Positions 35,745-50,492 of a stretch of 64,000 nucleotides of DNA are shown here, one piece after another. Under the pieces are notes generated by a model. It saw only the letters and a program-made list of their open reading frames with translations, had not been told where the DNA came from and searched no databases. How positions within the stretch are numbered: position 1 is the first letter of the stretch; every line of letters begins with the position of its first letter. A program made the position numbers and the translations under genes. The stretch is from Eledone cirrhosa (taxonomy: Eukaryota), in NCBI GenBank assembly GCA_964016885.1, contig OZ024741.1, forward strand, positions 183,458,001 through 183,522,000. Direction: 5' to 3'.

Positions 35745-35939
35745 CGAAGGAAATGTGGTAAGGAACCAGGTGGACCATAACGCACCAAAGTACTCAATAC
35801 TTGAGGTAGTAGAGTGGGTAATAGGAACCAGTAAGACCCCGACAGCTGAGCTCAAGCCGTTTCGACGGCTAATTCTGGACTAGTCCAGAATTAGCCGTCG
35901 AAACGGCTTGAGCTCAGCTGTCGGGGTCTTACTGGTTCC

Positions 35940-35942
<3 letters not shown>
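35743..35942. repeat. Family A element ending in a perfect 122-bp spacerless palindrome (35821-35942)
   Basis: ATAGGAACC...CTGGACT|AGTCCAG...GGTTCCTAT; (TA)n on both sides. Confidence 0.95.
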
Positions 35943-35970
<28 letters not shown>

Positions 35971-36015
35971 GATAAAGAACACAAGAGCGTCTACAAGATC
36001 AAAAGATTTTTATTG

Positions 36016-36060
36016 GCTTACAATGTTTCTTCCTTACGTAACCGTAGGATTCGTCAGAGC
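36016..36060 (-). ncRNA. Minimal type I hammerhead ribozyme
   Basis: Minus strand: GCT-CTGACGA-ATCCTACGGTTACGTAAGGAA-GAAAC-ATT-GTA-AGC. Confidence 0.75.
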
Positions 36061-36173
36061 TATAAAAGGGGTTTGATTGGTGTTATGGACTCTACCAACC
36101 AAACATTCAAGAACAGAGAATAAAGAGCAAAAGTAGGGGACGATAAGTCTAATTTTGGTGCGGGAGGGTGGGG

Positions 36174-36274
<101 letters not shown>

Positions 36275-36369
36275 GCCAATACTGGCCAAACATTTCAAAG
36301 TTATTCAAAGTTATATATATATATAATGCAAGTATGTACTCGTATGTATACGTCCTGGTAAGAATAAGA

Positions 36370-36790
36370 TAACTCTGTAATCTTTGTACAGCCAACCTCC
36401 TCGGTAAATTCGAAATGACAGCAGCCCGTCTGCCGTCTGAGGAAGGAGCCCCGCGAGGTGGGGGTGATTGTTGCAGCAGGTGATGCTGGCCATTGTCCGC
36501 GGAATTGCCTTTGCCATTTTGTCCACGGGATGCATCCGAAACACCGCTCTGACTGAGATGTAGAATTTGCCATCTTTCCTTCCTACCTTCTTTCTCTCAG
36601 TGCTTAATAAGTCTTGCCCTTTCCCTCCCTTTCTTCTCATTTATAACATTTATAAACTATTGCAATGATGCTTTCTTTTTCTATGTGTGTGGCTGAATAT
36701 TAAATTGTTTATTATTTTTATGCAATTTTATCCGAGAAATAAAAGATCATTTGACCCCTAATATATATACATATATATATACATATATAT

Positions 36791-36852
<62 letters not shown>

Positions 36853-37150
36853 CATGAATTGGAAATTTCAGTATATTGTGTGACTGTTAATTTCAGTTCA
36901 CGATTATTTAGATTGTGGCACTCTACGGAAGCTTTTGTGTATATACAGGAAATGGTAATTTGCCTGTATAACATAGCGCATGATAATTTTGATAGTGGAA
37001 GTTAGTTTTCAGAAGTCGTTACTAACTGGGAATGGGGGGTTTCGGCTGCAACCCCCTGGACAAAATGACAAAGGTATTTTCGCGAACAATGGCCAGCGAC
37101 ACCCGCTGCAACATCCTCTCCACCTCGCGGGGCTCCTTCCTCAGGTGGTG
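36370..37150. repeat. Family C element pair in inverted orientation (36410-36550 +; 37030-37150 -), third copy 39590-39735
   Basis: Shared CTGAGGAAGGAGCCCCGCGAGGTGG...GCTGGCCATTGT...CATTTTGTCC...CCGAAAC. Confidence 0.8.
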
Positions 37151-37377
37151 AGGGATTCCTCTTTTCAATAATGAATGATAATTGATAACTCATATGTACA
37201 TTTTCTCTGGGTAATTTTTATTTGATTTATTCATAGTACTGGTTCGAGGACATGGATGTATAAGGGATTATCTAGATGTGAGTGTATTGGTCTATGGAAG
37301 TGGGTAGATGGAGTATATAGTAGACATATGTTCGGATATGCGGATGAACGAATGAGGGTAGCAGTATATATATATAT

Positions 37378-38478
37378 AACGAAGGAAATGTGGTAAGGAA
37401 CCAGATGGACCATAACGCACCAAAGTACTTAATACTTAGGGTAGTAGAGTGGGTAACAGGAACAAGTATGACCCCGACGGCAGAGCTCAAGCCATTTCGA
37501 CGGCTAATTCTGGACTAAATAAGAATGTTTAGCCTGGTAAATAAATAGCCGAACTTCTCAGGGGGTAATTCCTTATGTGGGAAGATAGTAATTGTCAAAA
37601 GGATTAGTCAAAAATTTGTTGTAAAGACAGATGATTCTATCATGGCATTTAGTGGGAGATAGGGGTAGCTGAACTTGCCGGTAGAACAAAGAGAGAGTGG
37701 GGGAAACCCAGTCAAGCGTTGAAAGTGAAATCTATACAGCAGATTCTAAGGATAGTGTATAGAAGGTTGAAAAAAGTGTACTGGGGAAGGGGAGTGAGTG
37801 GGGAGTTGAAAGACTGGGTAAATCGAAAGGGAGAAAACAAAAAAACCATTATAAAAATAAGGAAATAAATATATAAAAAACAATTTCTGGTTACTACTTC
37901 ATTCCCACAATCACCAAATCTCTCATTGGTATTGCTAAGCTATAGAAAAGTTTAATAGGTGGAGAAAAATACTAAATACGAGATTGTAGTGAAAGAATTT
38001 TATAAAGCCGGCTTTACAGGGGGTCTAACACCACTGCTATAGTTAATAGTAATCAGCCAATGCTATCTTACAATGACAGGTTAATAAGTTGAGAACAAAC
38101 ATACTCATTTTTATAATGTCTTTTTTTGTTTACTCCCTTTTGATTGACCCAGTCTTTCACCTCCCCCTCCCAGTACACTTTTTTCAACCTTCTATACACT
38201 ATCCTTAGAATCTGCTGTATAGATTTCACTTTCAACATTTGACTGAGTTTCCCCCACTCCCTCTTTGTTCTACCGGCAAGTTCAGTTACCCCTACCTCCC
38301 ACTAAATGCCATGATAGAATCATATGTCTTTACAACAAATTTTTGACGAATCCTTTTGACAATTACTATCTTCCCATGTAAGGAATTACCCCCTGAGAAG
38401 TTCGGCTGTTTATTTACCAGGCTAAACATTCTTATTTAGTCCAGAATTAGCCGTCGAAACGGCTTGAGCTCTGTTCCT
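37378..38478. mobile_element. Long family A element with diverged inverted arms (~37481-37860 / ~38107-38471)
   Basis: ~370-bp reverse-complement arms around a ~250-bp spacer. Starts with the same AACGAAGGAAATGTGGTAAGG as the copies at 21669 and 35743. Confidence 0.85.
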
Positions 38479-38486
38479 AATTTATT

Positions 38487-38670
38487 TTGGCAGTATCAGT
38501 AGAGAGTCGGACGCCATGCTTTCCAGCATAGTTACGTCCCTTTACGGTCTGTGTTCAAATCCCGCCGAGGTTAACTTTGCCTTTCATCCTTACGGGGTCG
38601 ATAAAATAAAGTACCAGTAATGTACTGGGTAATTGCTGGCCTTGTGCCAAAAGTAGAAACAATTATTATT
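38487..38670 (+). mobile_element. SINE S1
   Basis: Near-consensus copy with an (ATT)n tail. Confidence 0.9.
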
Positions 38671-38805
38671 ACTATATATATATATATATATAAGTATTGA
38701 AGTTTCGGTTGAAAATTGAAAACGTCAGAGGAATGAAGAGTGCTTTATGTAAGTTACAGAGCTAGTTTATTATACATTAAATATATATATATATATAATT
38801 TTAAA

Positions 38806-38846
38806 CCGAGCTGATGATCCAACTAAGGGGAAACAATTGTTCTCGG
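38806..38846 (+). ncRNA. Minimal type I hammerhead ribozyme
   Basis: CCGAG-CTGATGA-TCCAACTAAGGG-GAAA-CAATTG-TT-CTCGG. Perfect 5-bp stem I, palindromic loop, flanked on both sides by (TA)n. Confidence 0.75.
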
Positions 38847-38874
38847 AAATGGTGAATTAACTGCTGTGGAACTA

Positions 38875-38995
<121 letters not shown>

Positions 38996-39007
38996 ACATA
39001 TATATAT

Positions 39008-39056
<49 letters not shown>

Positions 39057-40826
39057 AAGAGAGCGAGAGTGGGGGTAGAAAGCCATTGAAGTGTAAATAA
39101 TTGTTAGGGTGGATGTAAAGGAAACGTTAAGTGGTCAAACACTAATTGATAAGGCATATGATTAAAAAAACAGCTGCCGAATGACAGGATAATCAATTTA
39201 TCTTCTGTTAATTTGTATTCAATGACGGGTGTGGGGATATTGGTGTGGGGTGCGGGTGTTGAGAGCAGATATGTGCGTGTGCCTGTGTACTTATATGGGT
39301 GTAGACGGGTGTGTCTGTTCATTGTCATATGTATGTAAGTCTGAATATAGGTGAAAAGGTATTTTGCTGGTATAGATGTAAGCATAAATGCACATATAAA
39401 TGTATATATACACATATAAATACATTCAAAGATACACACATACACACACACACATACACACACGCTCACACACACACACACACACGCACACACACGCACA
39501 CACACACATACACACATACACAAATATTCCCACGTACATATATATAACAACCAACAGTTATGTGAACCGTTACTATATTTTGTGTGGCTGAGCTGAACTC
39601 CGTAAAATCGGGACGACAGCAGCCAGTCTGAGGAAGGAACCCCGCTAGGTGGAGTGGCTGTTCCCGCGGATGTCACTGGCCATTGTCGCGGAAATGTTAA
39701 TGCCATTTTGTCTACAAATTCCAGCCGACTGATTTTACACCCACCAGTCATGATACCACTTCCAGCTCGGCTACGCATGTCAATCCTGTCCTCGGGGTAG
39801 CAATCTTTGAGCAGCAATCCCACGCCTCCCAGGACAGGTCGCAGGCCCATCGCTAGTTTTGCAGCATGTAATGGAGACTGCAATATATTTTCCAAACAGG
39901 CCCCTCTACCTAAGGCCTAAATGCGTTCCTTGTTAATCCGCAGGAAGGATGATGTGGTATAGTTTAATAAGAATTTCCAAACTATCAATTTCTAAGAGAG
40001 GCACAAGGATACATATTTGTGGGCGAGTATTGTCGACGCTGTTATCACAATTATAATGATTTTAAAAATATTTATAGCAAAGCGGAACTGACCGTCTGTG
40101 AGCCTTCCTCCTAACGAATTAGTTTGACAACATTATACTAACACCTCATACAATGAGCCCTACAACACAAATCCACTTACAATGGGCTCCACACCACGAT
40201 AAAATACAAAATGGTGTCACACCATAATAACATACATACTCAGTCCGTCGTATGTATAATCAACATTTTGAACCTTTTAAAGATTCCGCTTTTTCAAAGC
40301 TCATTTGAAAAATGAATTTTATCACCGAGTTGGCATTTATTGAACTAGATATAATAATATAATAATTTACTGCGTCCAGTATTCGGTCTACATTACCAAT
40401 TTTTATGGTTCCAGCAAGGGGGTCATGAAAAGGATCAGTTTTTAAACCCCTTAAAGCAAGCATGATTGATATGATTTTTTTTCTCTTAAGACTTATTACA
40501 TTACAGTGTTATAACGCTGTTTACTAGGATTAGTTGTTTCGCCGTGCATTGTCACTCGTCAAGATCTTATCATGCCGTGTTGGAATAAAGGATTTTGTCA
40601 TTCTTTATTTATGTTATTTTTATTTCATTATTATATTTAATAATTATTCTTATTCCTATTCTTTTTCTTATTCTTATTATTGTTATTTGTTATTCCAATT
40701 CTGACTAACAAGTCTTGAATATTTACTTTCGACGCCCTTCCCTGGAAATTGATACACACATACACAGGTACATATGTACGTATATTCACACACATGTATA
40801 CGCACACTCATTACACACACAGACAC

Positions 40827-40873
<47 letters not shown>

Positions 40874-40996
40874 CGCACATATATGTATTTATATATATAT
40901 ATATATACATCATATGCATACATTCGACCATACATATGACCATACACCTACACAAAAATGCAAAAATGCGAAAGTACTGTATAGGCAGATAAGTAG

Positions 40997-41038
<42 letters not shown>

Positions 41039-41057
41039 CGTACACCCCCACCCACAT

Positions 41058-41089
<32 letters not shown>

Positions 41090-41474
41090 ACACACACATA
41101 CACACGCATATATATATATATATATATATAAATATATATATAGTGAGAAACAGATATACACATATACATATATATATATATAGAGAGAGATAGAGATAGA
41201 GAGAGGGAGAGGGAGGAAACAGAGGGTGGGGGAAAGAGATGGTTGTGTGCCATTCGCTGGAGGCACGTGACTGATTTACTTTGATTTACTTCACAGTTTT
41301 TCCAAGTGTAATTCTCCTATTGACTTGGCCTGTCTTTTAAAGCATTCCAGTGTCAATTGAGGATAGAAGCTCATTCATCTCACAAGTAACGTTTGTTCGA
41401 GAAATATATCTCTTTAAATCAATTCCCCGAGAAAAATGTCCGCCCAGCTTTCTGTTTTTACACTGTACAGTTGA

Positions 41475-42502
41475 AATGGACTTAGCAGAATCGATAGGGA
41501 GTGGTAGACAAAATTGTCTTGCGATATATAAGTTAAGTCTCTTTACGTTTTGAGTTCTATCCCTATTCGGGATTTTTTACACTTTATCCCCACAGAGTCG
41601 ATAAAATTAAGTAAAACTCAAATATAGAGGTAAATGTATTTGACTGTAACTTAAAAAAAATATTGAGACCGTGTACATATGTTAGAAATTTCTGATCTTG
41701 TGCTTATGTAAGAGATTATTATGAAGAACTGTAGATTCGCAGAATCGGTGGAGTGCTGAACAAAGTGCCCTGCACAGTATTTGTTTCAGCTCTTTACGTT
41801 CTAAGTTGAAATTCGCTGAGACCAACTTTACTAATCATCCTTCCGGGGTCGATAGAATAAAGTACCAGTTAAGTAATTGGCTTCGATATAACCGATTTTC
41901 CTCTTACACAAATTTCTGACCCTGGGCAAATGCTAGAAATAATTATTTGTTACAGCTCTTTACGTCCCAAGTTCAACTCTGCCAAGGTCAACTTTGCCTT
42001 TCATCTTCCAGTTTCGATTAAATAAAGTATCAGTTAAATATAATCAACCGTTCCTTCCTTTTAAATTTATATCCTTGTGTTTATGTAAGAATCAATTATT
42101 GGCAGAATCATTAGATCGTAAAACAAAATACCTTGCGGTATTTAATTTCGACTCTCTTGATTTACTGAAATCCTGCCTCAGTTAAATTTGTCTTTAATCT
42201 TTTCGGGATCGATAAAATAAAGTATTAGTTAAGTACTAGGGACGGTATGGTCGACACCCTCCCACATTACTAGTCTTATTCCAAAATAAAAACCCAGTAT
42301 CTTTAGAGCGTCGAAAACATGCTTTATGGAATAGAGTTACGGCCCTTTGCGTTCTGAGATCAAATACCACCGAGGTTAGCTTTGCTTTTCATCCTTACAG
42401 GGTCGATAAAATAAAGTACCAGTAACGTACTGGGGGTCGATTTAATCGACTTTCCTCTCGCCCAGAATTGTTGGCTTTGTGCCTAAATCAGAAACAATTA
42501 TT
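41475..42502 (+). mobile_element. Cluster of ~5 head-to-tail diverged SINE S1 copies
   Basis: Repeated CTTTACGTTCTGAG/TTTCATC..GTCGATAAAATAAAGTAC motifs. More remnants at 42780-42990. Confidence 0.8.
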
Positions 42503-43021
42503 TTCTTTCAGCATAAAAACTGCGGATCATTTGTGCTCCTTAAATTTTGAAGACCATCAGTTGTACACAGCCGACTATAGTACAGCTATTGTTAATTGTT
42601 TTGTTGGTGGGTTGACCAACAGTCGGGAGAACTGATCAGTTTGAATTGTTCTCCCCTTTTAATGATGTAGAATTTATTTCTATTTTATTAAAGTTTGATT
42701 TCAAAATTTTGTTTCGAAATTGAAATAAATGAAAAATATGGTGCTTATTGTGATTACAGCTGAAGACTTCAATTAGTAGAAGTCTTTGACGAAATACTGC
42801 ATGATGTTTATATTGGCTCTTCGTATTCTGGGTTAAAATCCCACCGCGGTCAAGTCTGCCTTTCATCTTTTTGAAGTCGACGAAATAAAATAATACGAGT
42901 CTCGGGCGGTGAACTGGCGGAATCTTTAGGGCTTCGAACAGGATGCTTTGCAGAGTTTTTTCAATCTGATTATTTACATTCCGCGTTAAAATAACGCTGA
43001 CACCTACATGGGTATTAGACT

Positions 43022-43164
43022 TGCCGTATTTCCCGGTGCCGAAGACGATTCGTCCTCGAGGACGCACCCTAATTTTGACAACCTTTGGCCTCCAGGACGG
43101 ATGGTAGATTTTTGAGACTTATTTTAGGAAAAAAGTAGCGTCTTCGACGCCGAGAAATACGGTA
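43022..43164. mobile_element. Tc1/mariner (pogo/Tigger-like) MITE
   Basis: TIRs CCGTATTTCCCGGTGCCGAAGACG / CGTCTTCGACGCCGAGAAATACGG, with TA at the right end. Confidence 0.75.
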
Positions 43165-43402
43165 ATTTATCGACAATTTTACCACCACCAATCTTGGAAC
43201 TATTCCTCGTTCCTACCTAACTAACCGTTAAGTTCCAGCATCAATACCCTTATCAAACGTGGTAGAGTTGTTAAGGAGTTCGTTTCGCAATCCGTTAGCC
43301 AAGTGTTCAGTCCTGCTGCACATCATCTACTATGGGCTCGGGTTCACCAATACTTTGGGAATGGAAAATGGTAGAAGAACTTCAGAAGCCCATCGTACAC
43401 AC

Positions 43403-43435
<33 letters not shown>

Positions 43436-43474
43436 TGTATGTATGTATGTATGTATGTATGTATGTATGTATGT

Positions 43475-44255
43475 GAGAGATGACCCCTTAGCCTTTGTCA
43501 AGGCAGAATTCTAGGAGAAGGAAAACTCTGATATAACACCTGCAACCCTGATGGTATCGAATGATGTTGACTTGTTCTTCTTTTTGGTAAATATCATCTT
43601 GGTTAAGAGAGTGGGACTGGCTTTGTGCAGTGCCTTTGCTCACTATAAATGCTTCACGGCACAGGCATTGCTTTATATCTGGAGATCTCTCTGCACTTGT
43701 CGTCACATGGTACCAAGGGCCCAGCACTATGTGTCAATAATTGTCACAAGTGTAGTGTTTGTACCAGAGTTTTCAAGTCGCTGGCTGAACTAAAAAGTCA
43801 CACTCGTTCAGCGCATCGGTAGGGGTTCTCCTACATGGATATAAAGTAGTGGTCGTACTCGAAAACGAGTTGGCAGCCACCATGTATGTATGTATGTATG
43901 TATGTATGTATGTATGTATGTATGTATGTATGTATGTATGTCCTGCAGGATGTCCAAAGTCACCCTCCTCACCAAGAAACCTTGATATATATATATACAT
44001 ACATACATATATATACATACATACATACGTATATATACATACATACGTATATATACATACAAAACCTGTCAAAGGGCAAAGGAGCTCTTAAGAGTCAATC
44101 GCCATCACCGGGAGAGATGACCCCTTAGCCTTTGTCAAGGCAGAATTCTAGGAGAAGGAAAACTCGTTCACACTCGTTCAGCGCATCGGTAGGAGTTCTC
44201 CTACATGGATATAAAGTAGTGGCCGTACTCGAAAACGAGTTGGCAGCCACCAACC
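43475..44255. repeat. Two copies of an unclassified element abutting (TGTA)n; the second is an internal-deletion derivative
   Basis: 43475-43529 matches 44112-44166, and 43800-43882 matches 44170-44252. Confidence 0.8.
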
Positions 44256-44288
44256 ATGTATGTATGTATGTATGTATGTATGTATGTA

Positions 44289-44372
<84 letters not shown>

Positions 44373-44654
44373 TGTGTGCTTGTCCAGGTCTCTGCTTATG
44401 TTTGTTTTTGTGTTTCTTATCCCGTAACTTAATGGCACGACAAAAAAAAAAAAAGGGCAACAAAATATGTACCAAACTTCAAAAATAAGTACTGAGGTCG
44501 ATATAATCGAATAAATCAAGTCAGCTCTCCAGCATGGCTGCAGTCTATGACTGAAATAAGCACAAGAATAAAGAGCAATGGAGGAGCAGATGTAGTAAAA
44601 CCATCAGCTACATTTGCCAATGTGGCTTGTAACTGGCTTGTAACAGGGAAGAGA

Positions 44655-45047
44655 CTCGTTAGTGACTGGTTAGTGACTGGTTAGAGACTGGTTAGTGATT
44701 GATTAGTGACTGGTTAGTGACTGGTTAGTGACTGGTTAGTGATTGGTCAGTGAGTGGTTGGCGACTGGTTAGTGAGTGGTTAGTGAGTGGTTAGTGAGTG
44801 GTTAGCGACTGGTTAGTGAGTGGTTAGTGAGTGGTTAGCGACTGGTTAGTGACTGGTTAGTGACTGGCTAGAGACTGGTTAGTAATTGGTTAGTGACTGG
44901 TTAGTGACTTGTTAGTGATTGGTTAGTGAGTGGTTGGTGACTGGTTAGTGAGTGGTTAGCGACTGGTTAGTAATTGGTTAGTGACTGGTTAAAGACTGGT
45001 TAATGACTGGTTAGTGATTAGTTAGTGACTGGTTAGTGACTGGCTAG
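44655..45047. repeat. 11-bp minisatellite (GACTGGTTAGT)n
   Basis: Directly visible, ~35 copies. Confidence 0.95.
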
Positions 45048-45064
45048 ATACCTAGCTATATACA

Positions 45065-45143
<79 letters not shown>

Positions 45144-45650
45144 GTATATATATATACAATGATATTAAATAAATGTAAACTATATTTATAAAACCATATT
45201 TATTGTATTATATATATTTCAAGGGTACCAAAACTTTGGTACGCTTTCATCAGATAAAATACAAAGTTTGTTTAATAAATTTTAACATAACCAAGAAAAG
45301 ATACCTTAACGGTTCAAGTTTTCCTTGGATAGTCAAGGGATAAGAGAAGCAAAGTCAGATATTTCAAATTATTAAGATGAGTATGTAAATGAGGTTGAGG
45401 TTTAGAGCTGAAAAAACGTTATTTTAGACGCTATGCAGAATTTAAATAATTAGGATATATGTATGAGTAGGGAGAAGAAAAAGGAAGAAGAGCTTTATTT
45501 ACGTTAATTTAAAAGGAATTAACAATTTGGGGGAATGGTGGAATATGATTCCAGAATTTAAATTTATTTAGCTATATTATGAGTTATAATATTGTATTAA
45601 ATTTATTTAGCTATATTATGAGTTATAATATTGTATATTATTGTATATAT

Positions 45651-45770
45651 TGGCGTGTGGCTGAGTGGTTAGAGAATTGGATTCGCAATCGTAAGGTTGT
45701 GAGTTCGATTCCTGGACCAGGCGATGCGTTATGTCCTTGAGCAAGACACTTTATTTCACGTTGCTCCTTC
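45651..45770 (+). mobile_element. tRNA-headed CORE-like SINE 5' part
   Basis: A box TGGCTGAGTGG, B box GAGTTCGATTCC, then GTCCTTGAGCAAGACACTT (CORE-like). Confidence 0.75.
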
Positions 45771-46812
45771 TACCTGGAGTTGCGACCGATAGATAGTATT
45801 AGCAATTGGAAAGACCAACGGAAACATTGTTCCCTCGGTCCGATTTGACGAAAGTCGATCGTTCCTTTATATTGTATATATAATCTATTAGATTATATGA
45901 AGAATTATGGTTGTAAGTAGATTTTATCTTATTACAATAGGTTATAAGTATATAAATATCTATATAGATTAATAATTGTTTCGAAAGCACCTGCATGGCT
46001 TTCTCAAGACTCTGTAACTTGTGTACCGAGGACATTTTTTTATATAATTAACTGTCAAGATTCTATTAATCTTAAAACAGACATCGCTAAAATTCCACTT
46101 ACAGAAGTATTTATAATTTATGATATTCATTACACTTGACTATATCTTATACTACTTCAAAATGATCATATTTTCTTTTGTTTGTTTTCTTTTCTCTAGT
46201 GTTAATTGATTAGTTTCTCTTTGATTTAAACATTTTTTTCATTCTCATATATTGTTTCATTTTTATACATATATCGAGAATGACACTTTTTTTTACTATT
46301 ACACTCCCTTCCCTCTTTATCTTCCGCATATAAGTGACCACGCGTGTGTGTGTGTTTATACGCGTGCTTTCATACTCGTATGTGTATTTAATACCTGTAC
46401 CTGGATGCGTGTTAACTATATTATCTTACAATTTCTTTTTCAACTCATATTATATACGTATTTGTGGTCACATATACACAAATGTACTTGCCCTCATATA
46501 TGTACTTACGCACACATTTTCACCATACACATGCATTTGTACATACACACATATGTACATTTGTGAGTGTATATACATACATATACACATACCCTAACTA
46601 TATTTCCTTATTTTGTTATATATCTCTTGCATTACTTTTATTTATATATTTTTTGCCCGTTAAACTCTTGCATTTCTTGATGAGACTTTCCAAATATTTC
46701 ACTATGTTTTAAATTGCCTTGTCCGACGAACTAATGAGGACGTTTTTCGTATTCGTCTTATTCGGGAAACCTCTGGTAATGAGGTAATTATATTGTATTG
46801 TTTATTATACAT

Positions 46813-46925
<113 letters not shown>

Positions 46926-47179
46926 CAATGATATTAAATAAATGGAAACTATATTTATAAAACCATATTTATTCTATTATATATATTTCAAGGGTACCAA
47001 ACATTTTGGTACGCTATCATCAGATAAAATACTAAATGTTTTATAAATATTTGACATGACCAAGGATAATCCATTTATTTAATATCATTGAATATTTACT
47101 CCAGAAAACTGTCGACTGCTCTGAATCAGTTATAAACATCTATATTTGTTGGATATCCAACAAATTAAATATCTCTTCT

Positions 47180-47220
<41 letters not shown>

Positions 47221-47375
47221 GAGAGAGAGATAGAGAAAGAGGGAGTGAGAGATAGGGAACCAGAGTGAGAGAGAGAAACTCTATGTATGTGTGTATATGT
47301 GAAATAGACAGTTATATATGCATAGATAGAGCGATAGATATAGTGTGTGTGTGTGTGAGAGAGATAGATAGATAT

Positions 47376-47428
<53 letters not shown>

Positions 47429-47571
47429 ATTTGGTTGAGAGATAGATTGATAGATATATAGAGATAGAGGAAAAAAGATAGTGTGAGAGAGAAAGTGAGT
47501 AATTGACGGAAATTTCAGTGGAGTGATAGTCACCACACATAAACACACATAAACGTACACACGCGCACACA

Positions 47572-47670
<99 letters not shown>

Positions 47671-48192
47671 CCACCCACACACATACATACACACACATAC
47701 ACACCGACACACACACACACACCGACACACACACACACATAAACTGCTATACACATAAATGTGTAGACAGCCAAACACATGTATACACATACATATATGC
47801 ACACATACACATACATTCTTTCATACATACGTCATACAAACAAACATACATACATGTATACACACACATACACACATACACATACATACATACAGAATAT
47901 ACACACAGGTTTAAACAAATATAAACACAGATGCAATGTAACACATATTAACTTGTACATATAAATACACAACACACACATATCTATATTTATATCTATC
48001 TCCACCCCACTCTCTTTCCCTCTCCCCCCTCCTTCTCTCTCTCTCTCTCTCTCTCTCTAATATATATATATGGATAAACACACACTCTTGTACATAGGCT
48101 CACACAAACACATATAACACACGTACACAATCACACAATCACATATCAGTATGTAAATGATGGTTATCATGATAGTGGAGAGAGAGAGAGAG

Positions 48193-48285
<93 letters not shown>

Positions 48286-50492
48286 CTATAATGGAACTGG
48301 TAGTATTTCCCCTCCTGGGGCCTGGCTAGAGGCATTCCGAAGGTGGTAAAACAGAATTGCAAAAGGTGTGAACATATATCAAGATGGCAGAAAAGATTCA
48401 ATGTGGCAAATTGAAAATAACGATCGGAGTCTCACTCAGGTTCGTTTCGTTTGTGACAACATCGTGTTTATTGTACCACCTTCTCCATTCCAGCTTTTTA
48501 CACGTTTCAACAGATTATTTTTGTTTCCGTTTCTTTCTTTGCATAGTTGGGTGTGTAATGTTGTAGTGTGAGCGTGTGTTATATTATGTAGTGGTTTGTG
48601 TGTGTGGTATGATCTGTGTCTTTGGCGTGTTTTTGTATGAAGTGTATGCGGTTATTATGTATGTATATGTGTATAGTTTATGCGTTTGTGATGTAGTATG
48701 TGTATGTGCAATCTGGGTGTTTGTGTGAATGTGTGTCATGTTGTGTGTGCGTGTGTGTAGTTTGTGTTTGCGAGTAGTGTGGTATGTAGTGTGGAATAGT
48801 ATATGCATAGCATGGTTGTGGTGTGTTTAGTGATGTGCTTCTTCTTCTTCTTCTTCTTCTTCTTCTTCTTCTTCTTCTTCTTCTTCAGACGGTTGTGGGG
48901 GGGGGGGGGGGCAGAATCCTCAGACACGCCTTCCAGAAGATCCTATCACAAACAGTCGCCTCTTAATGATCCGGCTAGATTCCCAAGCGACACCAACTGT
49001 GCTTATGGAAGTTTTCCAATTATTTTGTTCGCGGTCTACGCCAGTGATTTTTTAACCCGTAAACTCTTTCCTAAGATATAAACCACAGATACTACGGATA
49101 TGTTAGAATGTCTAAGGAAAGAATCGCTGCACATATTTTACGGGTAAAGCCAATTGGCAAGAACCCTAGTGTTAGACTCCGAGCAAGATGGTTAAATAAT
49201 GACTAATTCTAGTAAAAAGGGGCATTTTTGTCTATAATGAGGTTGGCTGTGTTAGTAGTGGTAGTACTATTAGTGCTGGTTTGGGTGGTAGTCGTATTTG
49301 TGTTGTTGGCGAAATCGTAGTACAGTATTTGTAATTCTAAGTGAGTACATACCACTTTCAAAATGGGAATAGCGATTTCATAGTGAGCCCATGTCACTTA
49401 GCTAAAACAATCTTAAATAACCAAGAATAATTAATGTACTTGGCGTGGCAATAAAGTCTTAGAATAACCCTTTAAATGAAAATGCACAACATATTGAAAC
49501 TAGAATTTATTTATTCTGCAAAAGCATTTAACCCTTTCTGGAACCGTTCCTTCGGCAATTGTCGAAACCAGCGCAACGATTCTTCTACCACCTCTTCTAA
49601 TGAAGCAAAAACAAATTTTCAAAGATGTTTCTTTAATAACTTGAACACCCAACGATCGCACAAATTTAAGTGAGGATTATAGGGTGATTGATTGATCATT
49701 GCCATTCTTCTCCTCGAGAAAAAAATCTTTTGTGGATTGAAGAGTTCGATGCATGTATTATAAACTCACAAGAATGACAGCAAAATAATTATGCATAGAT
49801 CTGTGACAAAATACAGCATTCATACAGAATATCACAAGTATACAACAAAGTTCAAATTCCAACTAATATTAACTACATTTACTGCTACAGACAGCACACA
49901 GCCTACTATTCTAAAGATTTTATTGCCGCGCCAAGTATCTTCACATAAAAAATATGAATCAGGGAAGGTTTTATCAGTTGGAAATTATAATATTATAAAC
50001 AAAACAGAATGAAAAATCTGCCTTCTTCTAATCACAGTCGCTATACAGCTCGTTTTCTCTCGCATTGATAGGGTGTGAAATTTTTAAAGATTAGAGCTCA
50101 AACGGAGTTTTTCGACACAGTGCAACACACCTAAACGTTTAACAGTGTTTTTGATAGTGTCTAGACACACAGCATCAGGTGTAAGTAGAACAAAGAAGTT
50201 ACAATTGTCCAACGTTACTTACAGTCAGTTCATAGATTGGTATGATTGTAGATCGGTGCCGTTAGTGTAGTTACATCTAAAAAATAAACACAACAAAAAC
50301 AAAAAAAAACAAAAATTACAAACAAAAAAATAAATAACAACAACAACAACAACAAAACGAACAAACAAACTCACCTTGACACTATGAATGGTATTACACT
50401 GTTTTGATGTTATATTTTATATTAAATAAGTTTTTTTTGTATTAATTCTATTTAGAAATCATTAATCTCACTTTGAAATAACATTTGCTAAC

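Noticed and set aside
44655-45047. Interstitial telomeric repeat
   Set aside because: The unit is the 11-bp GACTGGTTAGT, not TTAGGG; the resemblance is partial.
45651-45722. tRNA gene
   Set aside because: It has A and B boxes but no good acceptor stem, and it continues into a SINE core.
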